DNA from: Candidatus Stygibacter australis
Lineage (GTDB): Bacteria; Cloacimonadota; Cloacimonadia; Cloacimonadales; TCS61
DNA length: 64,000 nucleotides
Direction of reading: 5' to 3'
Assembly (NCBI GenBank): GCA_030765845.1
Contig: JAVCDJ010000042.1
Location: 2,310-66,309 of the forward strand
Shown: in pieces, positions 30,938 to 40,740 of the stretch
Layout of the letters: the number at the start of each line of letters is the position of its first letter
How positions within the stretch are numbered: position 1 is the first letter of the stretch
Position numbers and translations under genes: made by a program
Notes under the pieces: generated by a model
Seen by the model: the letters and a program-made list of their open reading frames with translations, nothing else
Told to the model about the DNA's origin: nothing
Databases searched by the model: none

Positions 30938-32009
30938 AATTAACTCCGGTAAATGAATCCATTATTCTCAAATAAGAATTATACCTCTCCTGATCATATT
31001 CGCCCTCTTCGACAGCATTTTTTACTGCACAATCAATTTCATGGGTATGCGTACAATTCTGAAATTTACATTTCTCTCCGATCTCTGCCATCCCTGGAAA
31101 GACGTATTTTATCTCATCTTTGGATTCCTCATGCAAAGTTAATGTTTTAATGCCAGGTGTGTCAATCAGATTCCCTCCAAATTTCCATTTGAATATCTTG
31201 CTGCGGGTAGTGGTGTGAGTGCCTTTGCCTGTTATTTCGCTGGTGGTAGATACTTTCAGATTTAATCCTGGCTGCAAAATATTGATCAATGAAGATTTTC
31301 CCACTCCTGAATGCCCCACGAACACACTGTCTTTATCTTTCAAGACTGATCTCAATTCTTCCTTCCCAACACCTTCCAGGGCTGAGCAAAATATCAGTTC
31401 AATCCCCTGTTTCAGGTAAAATTCTGCCTCCGCTTTGATTTCTGCCAGATCCTCTGCCAGATCAATCTTATTTATACATATTACTGGTGTGATTGATTCC
31501 AGGCGCGCAGCACATATCAACCTGTCAACAATCCCAAAATTTAACTCAGGATTATGACATGAGGTCATGATGATCACATTATCAATATTAGCAGCTATTA
31601 AGATCTCTTTCTGGAAATTATCTTCTGTATACCTTATCAGAGTATTTTTGCGTTCACAAATTTCTTCTATCCTGTTTTCTCCGGAAATATCAACCTTCAC
31701 CCAGTCCCCTACTGCAACAATATTCCTTGAATTTAGTCTCAAATGTTTCAGTCTCCCGCTGATTGGACAGATAAGTCGGTTATTTTTCCATTCCACCAAA
31801 CATTTATAATTTGAAAATATTTCAATAACTCTTCCAGTTTCCAGGTTAAGATCAGATTTCTGGCTTTTAATTCCCTTCTTAAAAAGCTTCTTTTCTGCTT
31901 TCCTCTCATGGATCACTTCTTCATCAATAAAATCATCCAAATCAGATATTTCTGTATTAGTGATGCTGATATCCTGTCTTTTGAATTTCTTTCTATCTCT
32001 TTTCTTCAT
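30930..32009 (-). CDS. rsgA: Ribosome small-subunit-dependent GTPase A
   Basis: Circularly permuted GTPase: NKIDL comes before GHSGVGKSSLIN. C-terminal zinc knuckle CKFQNCTHTHEIDCAV. The start is placed at Met38 (MKKRDRKK); the longer ORF would overlap the upstream gene by 128 nt. Confidence 0.88.
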   Translation of the reverse strand: MKKRDRKKFKRQDISITNTEISDLDDFIDEEVIHERKAEKKLFKKGIKSQKSDLNLETGRVIEIFSNYKCLVEWKNNRLICPISGRLKHLRLNSRNIVAVGDWVKVDISGENRIEEICERKNTLIRYTEDNFQKEILIAANIDNVIIMTSCHNPELNFGIVDRLICAARLESITPVICINKIDLAEDLAEIKAEAEFYLKQGIELIFCSALEGVGKEELRSVLKDKDSVFVGHSGVGKSSLINILQPGLNLKVSTTSEITGKGTHTTTRSKIFKWKFGGNLIDTPGIKTLTLHEESKDEIKYVFPGMAEIGEKCKFQNCTHTHEIDCAVKNAVEEGEYDQERYNSYLRIMDSFTGVNYE

Positions 32010-32784
32010 ATATACTTTTCTCAAGAGTATCAGAAAGCTTTTCCAGATCGACTCTGGTATTGAAGCAGGGTCCCTCTGGACGAATATTGAGAATTCCATA
32101 AACCGGCAAAGGAAATACATCCTGAATACCGCTTACAAGGTCACGATCACAAGCCACAGCTACGATAAATTTCGGCTTGAATTTGAGAACTATTCTCCTG
32201 GCTAAAGTTCCTCCATTTGCTATTGCAATAGAAACTTTATATTTTTCAGCAATATAGATCAAATCCCCAATATCACATTTCCCGCATCTTCTGCAATTAA
32301 ATATATCATTGCTTAAACGGATTTTGCATTCATTATTCTGCAGACAATGAGGTAGCAGGATCAGTATTTCATTAGGACGAAATCGCTGCTTGATCGCTTT
32401 TATGAAACTATTATTAACATGAATATAAGATTCTCTTATTTTCTCACGGCTGAATCCAGTCAAACTCCCTAAAAATAGCGTGATTGGATACATTATTATG
32501 TTATAAAGATTTACAGCAAATTTTGCTATCAAAAAATTCTTCTCAAAAATACTTGTGAGCATCACGCTGCCTGTTCCTATCATCAGAACTATAAAAAATA
32601 GTCTCAATAAGGTCAGAGATATTGGTCTTAGTATCTCATAAATATCTTCCAGACGTGGAGCAATGAACCACCAGAGCATAGTTGTGAGTCCCATTAATAG
32701 AAAAAGTGAACTTAGAGATAATATCAAAAATAGATATTTCTTTCTACTATTCACTTCCATTAGTTTCTCCAAATCTTTCCCCAT
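31993..32784 (-). CDS. DUF116-family membrane protein
   Basis: N-terminal TM helices plus a Cys-rich C-terminal domain: LLPHCLQNNECK..CRRCGKCDIGDL..AVACDRDLVSGIQDV. Confidence 0.72.
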   Translation of the reverse strand: MGKDLEKLMEVNSRKKYLFLILSLSSLFLLMGLTTMLWWFIAPRLEDIYEILRPISLTLLRLFFIVLMIGTGSVMLTSIFEKNFLIAKFAVNLYNIIMYPITLFLGSLTGFSREKIRESYIHVNNSFIKAIKQRFRPNEILILLPHCLQNNECKIRLSNDIFNCRRCGKCDIGDLIYIAEKYKVSIAIANGGTLARRIVLKFKPKFIVAVACDRDLVSGIQDVFPLPVYGILNIRPEGPCFNTRVDLEKLSDTLEKSIYEEKR

Positions 32785-33706
32785 TCTCTATTCTGGCACC
32801 CAAATTGAAATCATAAGCGTACATTATTTTTTTTCCGGCCGGCTGTAGATATTTAATTAATAAATCCTCATCTCCAGTTGCCACTAATATTCCACTGCTT
32901 TTTATCACTTCAATTATTGTTCCGGGAGTAATATTACTTTTCTTACCAGTTAGTCTGGTAGAAATTATTTTTAACTGTTTATTTCTGAATTCTGTTGATG
33001 CCCCTGGTTTCTCTGCTAAAGCTCTAACCTGATTATAGATATATCTTGCCTTTTCAGCCCAGTTTATGTGAAAATCTTCCTTATTCAGTTTCCAGCAAAT
33101 AGTTGCTTTACTCTCATCCTGAATCCTCTTTTTCACTTCTCCATTTTCAAACTGGTGAATTAGTTTTATCAGGTCTTCAGCACCTGCAATTGCTAACTTT
33201 TCAAGCAATTTTGTGTAATTATCCTCTTCCTTGATAGTATATATGGACTGATATAACATAGGACCAGCATCCATTTTTGCCACAAGCCTAAATATTGTCA
33301 CTCCGGTTTCCTGATCACCAGTCCATAAACTGGCATTTACTGGACTTGCTCCCCGCCAGAGTGGTAATAATGATGGATGAATATTAATTGCTCCCAGTTT
33401 TGGGAGTTTTCTAAGAGTTCTGCCAATATATCCACCATAAGCAGCAGTAATTATCAGATCAGGATTCAATTCTTTGATAAATTCCAATGTTTCCTGATCA
33501 TTGATATTCTCTGGCTGAATCACCGGGATACTCAGTTCCAATGCTCTCTGTTTGATCACTGGAGCTGTTAACCTTCTTTTTCTTCCCTGTGGTTTGTCTG
33601 GCTGAGTAACGCATAATAATGGTTTATAACCTTTCTCTGTTAATTGCTGTAATGCAGGAACAGCAAACTGAGGGGTGCCCATGAAAATTATCTTATTGAT
33701 CTTCAT
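32747..33706 (-). CDS. fmt: Methionyl-tRNA formyltransferase
   Basis: IFMGTPQFAVP and NIHPSLLPLWRGASP motifs. def-fmt synteny. Confidence 0.93.
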   Translation of the reverse strand: MKINKIIFMGTPQFAVPALQQLTEKGYKPLLCVTQPDKPQGRKRRLTAPVIKQRALELSIPVIQPENINDQETLEFIKELNPDLIITAAYGGYIGRTLRKLPKLGAINIHPSLLPLWRGASPVNASLWTGDQETGVTIFRLVAKMDAGPMLYQSIYTIKEEDNYTKLLEKLAIAGAEDLIKLIHQFENGEVKKRIQDESKATICWKLNKEDFHINWAEKARYIYNQVRALAEKPGASTEFRNKQLKIISTRLTGKKSNITPGTIIEVIKSSGILVATGDEDLLIKYLQPAGKKIMYAYDFNLGARIENGERFGETNGSE

Positions 33707-34280
33707 GCTGTTTTTGTTTTATATTTACTCCCTCTTCATTAGTTGTGCTTTTTAATTCTTTGATTTTCCTGGCAAATCTTACTCGCTGCAGGGGAGGTAT
33801 CTTATCAATAAAAAGAATTCCATCCAGATGATCATTTTCATGCTGCAGGCTGCGAGCAAAAAAACCTTCTGCTTCATATCGTACTGGTTCAAAATTCTCA
33901 TTCAATCCTTCTATCACTACTCTCTCAGCTCTGGTTACCTTACCCCATATCTCCGGCAGACTCAAGCATCCCTCTTCTTCTTCTTCTTCACCACTGAACT
34001 CCACGAAATGTGGATTGATTAGAACCAGAGGATTTTTTTGATGACCTTCTCGATACCAGTAAGGATCTACTACAAATATACGCAGTGATCTTCCCACTTG
34101 AGGTGCTGCAAGACCCACTCCATCATCTTCATACATCGTCAGCGTCAGATCTTTGATGAACTTCCTGATTTCATCTGTTAATTCTGCTACTTCATCTGCC
34201 TTCCGACGCAATACCTTATCACCAATTATCCTGATTGGTAATACTTCAGAATCAACTAACTGCATTTTTTTCCTTATCAC
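33693..34280 (-). CDS. def: Peptide deformylase
   Basis: GVGLAAPQVG, EGCLS and QHENDHLDG motifs. The start may be the internal Met at 34265. Confidence 0.93.
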   Translation of the reverse strand: MIRKKMQLVDSEVLPIRIIGDKVLRRKADEVAELTDEIRKFIKDLTLTMYEDDGVGLAAPQVGRSLRIFVVDPYWYREGHQKNPLVLINPHFVEFSGEEEEEEGCLSLPEIWGKVTRAERVVIEGLNENFEPVRYEAEGFFARSLQHENDHLDGILFIDKIPPLQRVRFARKIKELKSTTNEEGVNIKQKQHEDQ

Positions 34281-34611
34281 CTGCTATCACACCGGCAATG
34301 GCACTTTTTTGTATTTCAATTTTTGTATTGGTAGCATCATCAATTTTGAGAACTACAATATTTTTCTCTTTTTTGATATTAACTACTTTGCCATATATAC
34401 CACCTGTTGTGATCACTTTATCCTGGATCTTCAGCTCATTTAGCATATGCTCCGTCTCTTTTTGACGTTTTCTTTGTGGTCTGATTATTAAAAACCATAA
34501 GATCACAAACATGAAAATAAAGGGTATGAACTGCATAAACGGGTTCCCCTGAGCAGCTTCTCCTGTTCCGGATGTTGCTGCTGAAGTTGCCATCAGTAAA
34601 TTTAAAATCAT
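34252..34611 (-). CDS. yajC: Preprotein translocase subunit YajC
   Basis: Single TM helix followed by RPQRKRQKE and the GGIYGKV motif. Confidence 0.85.
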   Translation of the reverse strand: MILNLLMATSAATSGTGEAAQGNPFMQFIPFIFMFVILWFLIIRPQRKRQKETEHMLNELKIQDKVITTGGIYGKVVNIKKEKNIVVLKIDDATNTKIEIQKSAIAGVIAGDKEKNAVS

Positions 34612-34624
34612 TTTTTCTCCTTTT

Positions 34625-35092
34625 TTATAATATAAATATTATTATTAGTCTTGCTATTAAATTTGAATAAACACCTGCCATTAGATCATCAGCCATCACT
34701 CCAGCACCCCCTGGCAGCTTCTGAAGCATATTTACAGGTTCAATCTTAAATATATCAAATATCCTGAATAAAACAAATATTATTAATCCTGTTATAATGC
34801 CTTTTGGCAAAAACGCCACTCCCAGCATATAACCCAGGAATTCATCCATTACTATTTTTCCATTGTCATGTCCCAGATATCGCTCTGCCCTTGTGATAAT
34901 TGGCACTGATATTATGGATATTAATAATAATACTCCCAGAAAAATAAAATTAGATTCAGTACCTTTAAAAATACTATCCGGTAAAAACAGATATACGATA
35001 AATGCAAGTAAAGTTCCCATTGTTCCAGGCATTTTGGGAAAATAACCGCAACCCAGACAAGTGGAATATGCTACAGAAAACTTTATCTTCAT
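34625..35092 (-). CDS. pgpA: Phosphatidylglycerophosphatase A
   Basis: GTMGTL and DDLMAGVY motifs in a polytopic small membrane protein. Confidence 0.85.
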   Translation of the reverse strand: MKIKFSVAYSTCLGCGYFPKMPGTMGTLLAFIVYLFLPDSIFKGTESNFIFLGVLLLISIISVPIITRAERYLGHDNGKIVMDEFLGYMLGVAFLPKGIITGLIIFVLFRIFDIFKIEPVNMLQKLPGGAGVMADDLMAGVYSNLIARLIIIFIL

Positions 35093-36354
35093 TACAAATA
35101 GATCTCTATATAAATAGTCTTCTTCAAATTCTCTATCATCTTATTATACAGTTCCAATTGTTTTTTCCCAAAAACCTGGTCTTTTAATTGATCATAGAGT
35201 TCTTCATAAGTATATGGTCTGGCTTCCACTTTTGCCAGTTTTCCAAAGATATATAGATTATCTCCTTCCTCTATCACATCTGTGATTTCTCCATAATCAA
35301 GGCTCTGTAAATATGAACTGAATAATTCAGGATAATTTTCTGGAGGATATTCTCCAATAATTCCTCCATTAGCTGCTGAAGAATCGTCCTGGGAATACTC
35401 TCGTGCTAATGTAGTGAAATCCTCTCCATTTATTATCCTCTCATGAATATCATCTGCTAGTGTTCGTATCCTTGTCTTATCTTCTGGTGAAGCCTCCAGA
35501 GTCTTCAGGATATGACTTATCTTTATTTGATCATCCTTCTTTTCCTGCATCAGGATCAAATGATAACCAAACTGGGTTTCTACCAGATCACTGATTTCAC
35601 CTACCTCAAGTTTAAAGGCAGCATCTTCAAATGGTTTCACCATCAAGCCACGTTCTATCCAACCTAAATCTCCTCCACTGGGTGCGCTGGAACAATCACT
35701 ATATTCCTTGGCGAGTTCTGCAAAATCCGCTCCCTTATTCAATTTATTCTTGATATCATATATTTCACGCTTTAATTCCTCTTTAGTTTCTTTACTTGGC
35801 TCCATTTTTAGTAATATCATTCCTAATCTATCAGTTTCTTTCCTGATGGGAATATCTGCCAGATTCTCTTGATAAAATTCTTCTATCTCGGCATCAGTTA
35901 CATGTATTTGGCTCGTAATTTCCTTTGATATCACATTTTCCCTTAATTTCTGCTCTCTGATCAGATCCTCATAATAATCTTTTAGTTCCGTAATTGTTAA
36001 TCCTGTCTCCGCTTTTAACTGTTGTCGAAATTCCAGCTCATTTTCAAACTGTAACTTCAATGACTCCAATTCCTGCTCTGCCATTTTTTTAATTGTATAT
36101 TCATCGATTTCTATATCACTTTCTTTGGCTTTTATCAATATTAATTCAGATTCTATCATCTCATCCAAAATTGATTCAAGAGTAAAATTCTCTTCCGACA
36201 TCCCCGAAGCTATCATCTGCTGATATCTCTTATCCAGTTCTGATTGCAGGATCACTTCTCTGCCTACTTTTGCCACTATTCTTTCTACTGTCTCTCCCTG
36301 GATCATAAAACATAGTGATAATAATATCAATAAAAATATGCTGATCTTTCTCAT
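35092..36354 (-). CDS. SurA/PrsA-like periplasmic chaperone with parvulin PPIase domains
   Basis: Signal peptide, a SurA-N-like region, and two parvulin-like segments (GGDLGWIERG..FGYHLILM; GGIIGEY). Confidence 0.8.
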   Translation of the reverse strand: MRKISIFLLILLSLCFMIQGETVERIVAKVGREVILQSELDKRYQQMIASGMSEENFTLESILDEMIESELILIKAKESDIEIDEYTIKKMAEQELESLKLQFENELEFRQQLKAETGLTITELKDYYEDLIREQKLRENVISKEITSQIHVTDAEIEEFYQENLADIPIRKETDRLGMILLKMEPSKETKEELKREIYDIKNKLNKGADFAELAKEYSDCSSAPSGGDLGWIERGLMVKPFEDAAFKLEVGEISDLVETQFGYHLILMQEKKDDQIKISHILKTLEASPEDKTRIRTLADDIHERIINGEDFTTLAREYSQDDSSAANGGIIGEYPPENYPELFSSYLQSLDYGEITDVIEEGDNLYIFGKLAKVEARPYTYEELYDQLKDQVFGKKQLELYNKMIENLKKTIYIEIYL

Positions 36355-37175
36355 AATTCGCTGTCTCCATTACCTAAATAGTTAATTTCTATATCAAAAT
36401 TCATCCTGATCTCTTTCATTAGCTCCTCATATTTTTTGTCTTTTTTCTCTTGCAATAGTCGCTCACGTAAACTATCCTGAAGCTCTGCATAGTTCTTTTC
36501 AATCGTTGCCTCCTGCTTCTCATACCACCTCAGTAAATAGAATTTATTCTCTATATTCACTGATTTCCACCGGTATTGCTCCAAATCATCCAATGTATTC
36601 CAGATAATCTCATTTACGTCTCCTTTGGAAGTAAATCCCATATATCCACCACCAGTGCCTTCTCTGGTTTCTGAATACTTCTCAGCTACGTCTTTGAACT
36701 TCTTTCCTTCTTTTAATTCTGCCACAGCGGATTGAAATATTGAATCTGATGATATCACTATCCGCTGATATTTATATTCTTTTACTTTTTTAAGATATTC
36801 TCGCTTATGAAGCTGATAATAACTAAATAATTCTTCCTCTGTTATCTTGATCGCATTCATTTGACTGGCTATCACCGTATTTGCCTTGATCTTTTTTACC
36901 GCACTTTCTATCCTACCTCTGATAACCAGTTGCTCTGATAATTTTTCATTATCACATTTTTGTGCTAATGCGGTCAAATTAACCCATTTTTGGATATGTT
37001 CCTCTTTAGCATCCCAGTTCATATTTTCCCAGGTTGCATCATCAAAAGAAGCTCTAAAATCCTCATAACTTAATGTTTCATTATTTACTTTTGCCAGGTA
37101 TTCTTCTTCTTCTTTCGCTTCCCTGGTACATCCCATCAAAAGCAATACCACGGCTAATAATACCAGTATTTTCAT
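36351..37175 (-). CDS. Lipoprotein with SurA-N/parvulin-like features
   Basis: Lipobox LLLMGCT and GGGYMGFTSKGD resembling a degenerate PPIC-type domain. 4-nt overlap with the downstream gene. Confidence 0.55.
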   Translation of the reverse strand: MKILVLLAVVLLLMGCTREAKEEEEYLAKVNNETLSYEDFRASFDDATWENMNWDAKEEHIQKWVNLTALAQKCDNEKLSEQLVIRGRIESAVKKIKANTVIASQMNAIKITEEELFSYYQLHKREYLKKVKEYKYQRIVISSDSIFQSAVAELKEGKKFKDVAEKYSETREGTGGGYMGFTSKGDVNEIIWNTLDDLEQYRWKSVNIENKFYLLRWYEKQEATIEKNYAELQDSLRERLLQEKKDKKYEELMKEIRMNFDIEINYLGNGDSEL

Positions 37176-38477
37176 TTATGGCTCCAATGGTAAACTGAAA
37201 TATATCTCCAGATAAGGTCCTTTGCTCACATCCTCTGCTGAACTATAAAATTTCACGTAAGAAAAATCTCGATTCTCACGCAATGATCTAATCACTAATC
37301 CAATACCTTCATTATCATCATGATCTGTAGTTATTGCCTGAATTTCTGATGTTACATCAATCTTAAATATCTTGTCTTCTCCAATAGTATCCAGACTATC
37401 CTGTGTGGTTACTACTCCTGATATCAGATTATAATCATCTTTATACATCGGAATTTCATTATCAACCGCTGGTACTTCAGAGATTAATAATGCAGGTTGA
37501 GTATAGATATAGCTGTTGCTTCCGAAATAATCTTCTTTGGCATGAAGCACAAGATATGCTTTGTTTATCGTCATATTGTTGTATTGATAACTATCTATAA
37601 TAGTATTACTTAGCGTATCAGCAAAATCTGAACTATCCAGTGATATCTCCATATACATTTTCACGGGACTGATATTACGCAGCATTAATTCGTCCTCATT
37701 AACTTCATAATATTCCAGAGCTGTATTATCATCAAGTTGGCTGTAAAGCGTTGCATCATTGATTGTGATGCTTTCCCAATCTACATATTCTGAATCCTCA
37801 ATAGCAAGCTTATAACTGAATCTCAAACGAGGCTGTATATTACTGTCACTGGTTTTAGAAAAATATTCAATAAAATCTCTTCTTTCTGTATCTGGATTTT
37901 GACGCTTAAAATATAACCCGTAATTAGAAGCTAAACTATCTACTTCATATACGTCTTCATTCAAAGTATAAAAAAGCTCCATCGGTAATAAAATATCCAG
38001 AGTGTCATAAGCACTATATTCTCCAGAAAATTCATATACACCATATTCCTCTGTAAAGGGATCTACCCAGTCAGAAGTGTCTGTGCAGGTTTTATATGTT
38101 ATTTCATCTTCATCCCAAAGCTGATTGATCCTGCCATATTCATAAGTATTAGTTTCACTATTAGTCTGTTTGCTGATAACCAGGCTTAATTTTATCTCGT
38201 TATCAGTTATTTCTGCCAGTGTATCTGGTAAATCGCCCACATGCAATAAAAGCATTGTATCGTATTGTTCTCTATTTCCAATAGTCAATACTGAAGAATT
38301 AACATAATTATTTACACTGTCTTCAAAACTGTAAACATTACTGATATTTTCTGTGCCGATTTCGATGTACTGTGGTTCTCCCACTGGATTATATCCTACT
38401 GGATTATCTTTTTTGACTGTACACCCTGTAAGTAATACTGCTGTCATAATTATCATGATTCCCCAGATTCTCTTCAT
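37176..38477 (-). CDS. Putative lipoprotein, unknown function
   Basis: Lipobox VLLTGCT. 433 aa and Asp/Glu/Tyr-rich. I recognise no family. Confidence 0.55.
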   Translation of the reverse strand: MKRIWGIMIIMTAVLLTGCTVKKDNPVGYNPVGEPQYIEIGTENISNVYSFEDSVNNYVNSSVLTIGNREQYDTMLLLHVGDLPDTLAEITDNEIKLSLVISKQTNSETNTYEYGRINQLWDEDEITYKTCTDTSDWVDPFTEEYGVYEFSGEYSAYDTLDILLPMELFYTLNEDVYEVDSLASNYGLYFKRQNPDTERRDFIEYFSKTSDSNIQPRLRFSYKLAIEDSEYVDWESITINDATLYSQLDDNTALEYYEVNEDELMLRNISPVKMYMEISLDSSDFADTLSNTIIDSYQYNNMTINKAYLVLHAKEDYFGSNSYIYTQPALLISEVPAVDNEIPMYKDDYNLISGVVTTQDSLDTIGEDKIFKIDVTSEIQAITTDHDDNEGIGLVIRSLRENRDFSYVKFYSSAEDVSKGPYLEIYFSLPLEP

Positions 38478-38526
38478 ATTTACTCCTATTAATATATTAT
38501 AATATCTACAGTAGTAGTAGTAGATA

Positions 38527-38716
38527 TTGTGGATTAGTGGAAAAATACCTTTTTGATCCGGCTAATCCGCTTCATATCCACTATTTCACCACATTATTTA
38601 TTTGTGGATATTAAGTGGTTATCTCTATCATTTTATCCACCGTTATCCACATTTTTTTATCTGAATACCATTTTTTAGACTTATCAACATTTATCAACAT
38701 ATATTATTGTGGATAT
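38527..38716. promoter_or_regulatory. DnaA-box cluster downstream of dnaA (second half of a putative bipartite oriC)
   Basis: One perfect TTATCCACA at 38643-38651. One-mismatch boxes at 38528-38536, 38603-38611, 38633-38641 and 38708-38716. Two TTATCAACA boxes at 38681-38689 and 38691-38699. Confidence 0.75.
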
Positions 38717-38734
38717 GTGAATAACTTTAAAAAA

Positions 38735-40111
38735 CTAATTTCTCATCTCGTCCATCAATTGCTCTACCTGCTGTTTAACTTCCACATTATCAGTCATTTG
38801 CGTCTTAATTGACTTGATGGCATGGATCACAGTAGTATGGTCTTTTAAGCGATAATAATTTGCTATTTCTTTCAATGATAATGATGGAATAAACAGATTT
38901 GATAAATACATCGCTATCTGACGCGGAAAAGCCACTTCACGCTTGCGGGTTTTCATGAATAATACATCATTCCTGAGATTGTAAATATTGCATACACGCT
39001 TTCGCACCAGGTCTAATGTTACCCGTGAGCTGCCATTTGTAAACATATCTCCTAATATGTTTTTGATCAGATCAATGCTGATCTCTTCAGTCTTGATCCC
39101 CTTATACCCTATCCAGGCTTGTATTTTCACCAGTGATCCTTCCAGTGCCCGTACATTGGAAGATATATTCTCAGCTATATATTGTAATACACTTTCATTT
39201 AGGTTGATATTATCACGCTCTGCTTTCTTCTTTAAGATTGCTACTCGAGTCTCAAAATCTGGTTGCTTAAGATCCGTGAGTAAACCCCATTCAAATCGGG
39301 AAATAAGTCGTTGCTCTAATTCAGGTATATCTCGTGGTAAGCGATCACTGGTTAAAATTATCTGCTTGCCATTCTCATATAAAGCATTAAAAGTATGAAA
39401 AAATTCTTCCTGAGTTCCTTCCCGCTTGGACAAAAACTGGATGTCATCGATCAGAAGTACATCAAAATAGCGATACTTGTTGCGGAACTTATCCATTTTA
39501 TTGCTTCTGATACCCTCTATCATATTATTTGTAAATTGCTCTGTTGTGATATAAAAAACCTTCTTATCCTCATGAAGATCCATCACCATGTGTCCGATTG
39601 CCTGCATTAAATGTGTTTTCCCCATCCCGGAATTACCATAGATAAATAATGGATTATATGTAGTTCCCGGAGATTCTGCTACAGCCTCTGCTGCTGAACA
39701 GGCAAATCGATTATTCGCTCCTATCACAAAATCCTTGAATTTATAATTTTTATTTAATTGAGGATAATTATCATCATTAGACGTCTGTTTTGACACCACC
39801 TGCACAAGCTCTGGATTTTCCATCTCCGCATAACTGGCATTATTGATGAATTTCACTCCATATTTCTGATCAAATAATGTATTGCAGATCTCCGTTATTA
39901 TTGTACTATAATTCTTATTCAAATATTGTGCTATAAATTGCGTCGGAACATGCACAGTGATTTTACTGTCATCAAAATTTAATAATTTTGTTTCTTGAAA
40001 CCACGTCCGGTAAGTTTGCTCATTTACATGTTCCTGTAATACCCCTAAAACTTGACTCCAAACATTTTCTCTTCTTTGCATTTTTGACTTCGTCCTCTTA
40101 TTTATCCACAT
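38735..40111 (-). CDS. dnaA: Chromosomal replication initiator protein DnaA
   Basis: Walker A GNSGMGKTHL, LLIDDIQFL, and a C-terminal DNA-binding domain (FPRQIAMYL..DHTTVIHA). Confidence 0.97.
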   Translation of the reverse strand: MWINKRTKSKMQRRENVWSQVLGVLQEHVNEQTYRTWFQETKLLNFDDSKITVHVPTQFIAQYLNKNYSTIITEICNTLFDQKYGVKFINNASYAEMENPELVQVVSKQTSNDDNYPQLNKNYKFKDFVIGANNRFACSAAEAVAESPGTTYNPLFIYGNSGMGKTHLMQAIGHMVMDLHEDKKVFYITTEQFTNNMIEGIRSNKMDKFRNKYRYFDVLLIDDIQFLSKREGTQEEFFHTFNALYENGKQIILTSDRLPRDIPELEQRLISRFEWGLLTDLKQPDFETRVAILKKKAERDNINLNESVLQYIAENISSNVRALEGSLVKIQAWIGYKGIKTEEISIDLIKNILGDMFTNGSSRVTLDLVRKRVCNIYNLRNDVLFMKTRKREVAFPRQIAMYLSNLFIPSLSLKEIANYYRLKDHTTVIHAIKSIKTQMTDNVEVKQQVEQLMDEMRN

Positions 40112-40740
40112 ATAATTTTATATAAATATATTCATAACCGCATATATTCCAAGCAGATATATTATTATAGATACTTATCCACCCTCTTCCTGATTTTGTG
40201 TGGATAACTTTTCCATTCTCCCTACTCAAACGTCAATTTGAGTATTTTTTTTTTCGTGTCAAGTGAAGAAAAATTTATTACTTTTGAATAGTTTCATCCA
40301 TAACAAGGTTAGCAATTATCATTAATATAATGAGTTATAACTCTTGATCACCGTTGACTGCCACCCTTGATAAATGCTTTAACTATTCTTGTATATTACT
40401 TTATAACTTATTTTTCTGTGAAATTCATCTTCTTTCACTTAGCAATATTTTAAGTTTTATAATGCTCTGCTTAAATTTAATATTTTTACACGATTAACCT
40501 ATGTACAATCATCATATTTCTGATTGTTAAGGAAAGGTTAATTTTTTTTTTAAATTCCTCAATTTTTCCTCTCTTCAATGATCTAATACTTTATCACTTA
40601 TTTACTGAAAATTTATATTTATTTGTATTTATATATTTTTTCAAACTATATAATAATCATATCTAACCAGTCAACTAAATTGCATGCTTAAAACTATTAA
40701 TAATATTAAGTTGAGATTGATATAAAACATTCTCAACTCA
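40102..40740. other. Putative oriC: DnaA boxes plus an ORF-free AT-rich unwinding region
   Basis: Perfect boxes at 40102-40110 (overlapping the dnaA ATG) and 40199-40207, and a one-mismatch box at 40175-40183. 629 bp has no ORF of 60 aa or more. Nearly pure A/T stretch around 40607-40662. Gene orientation switches around this point. Confidence 0.75.
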
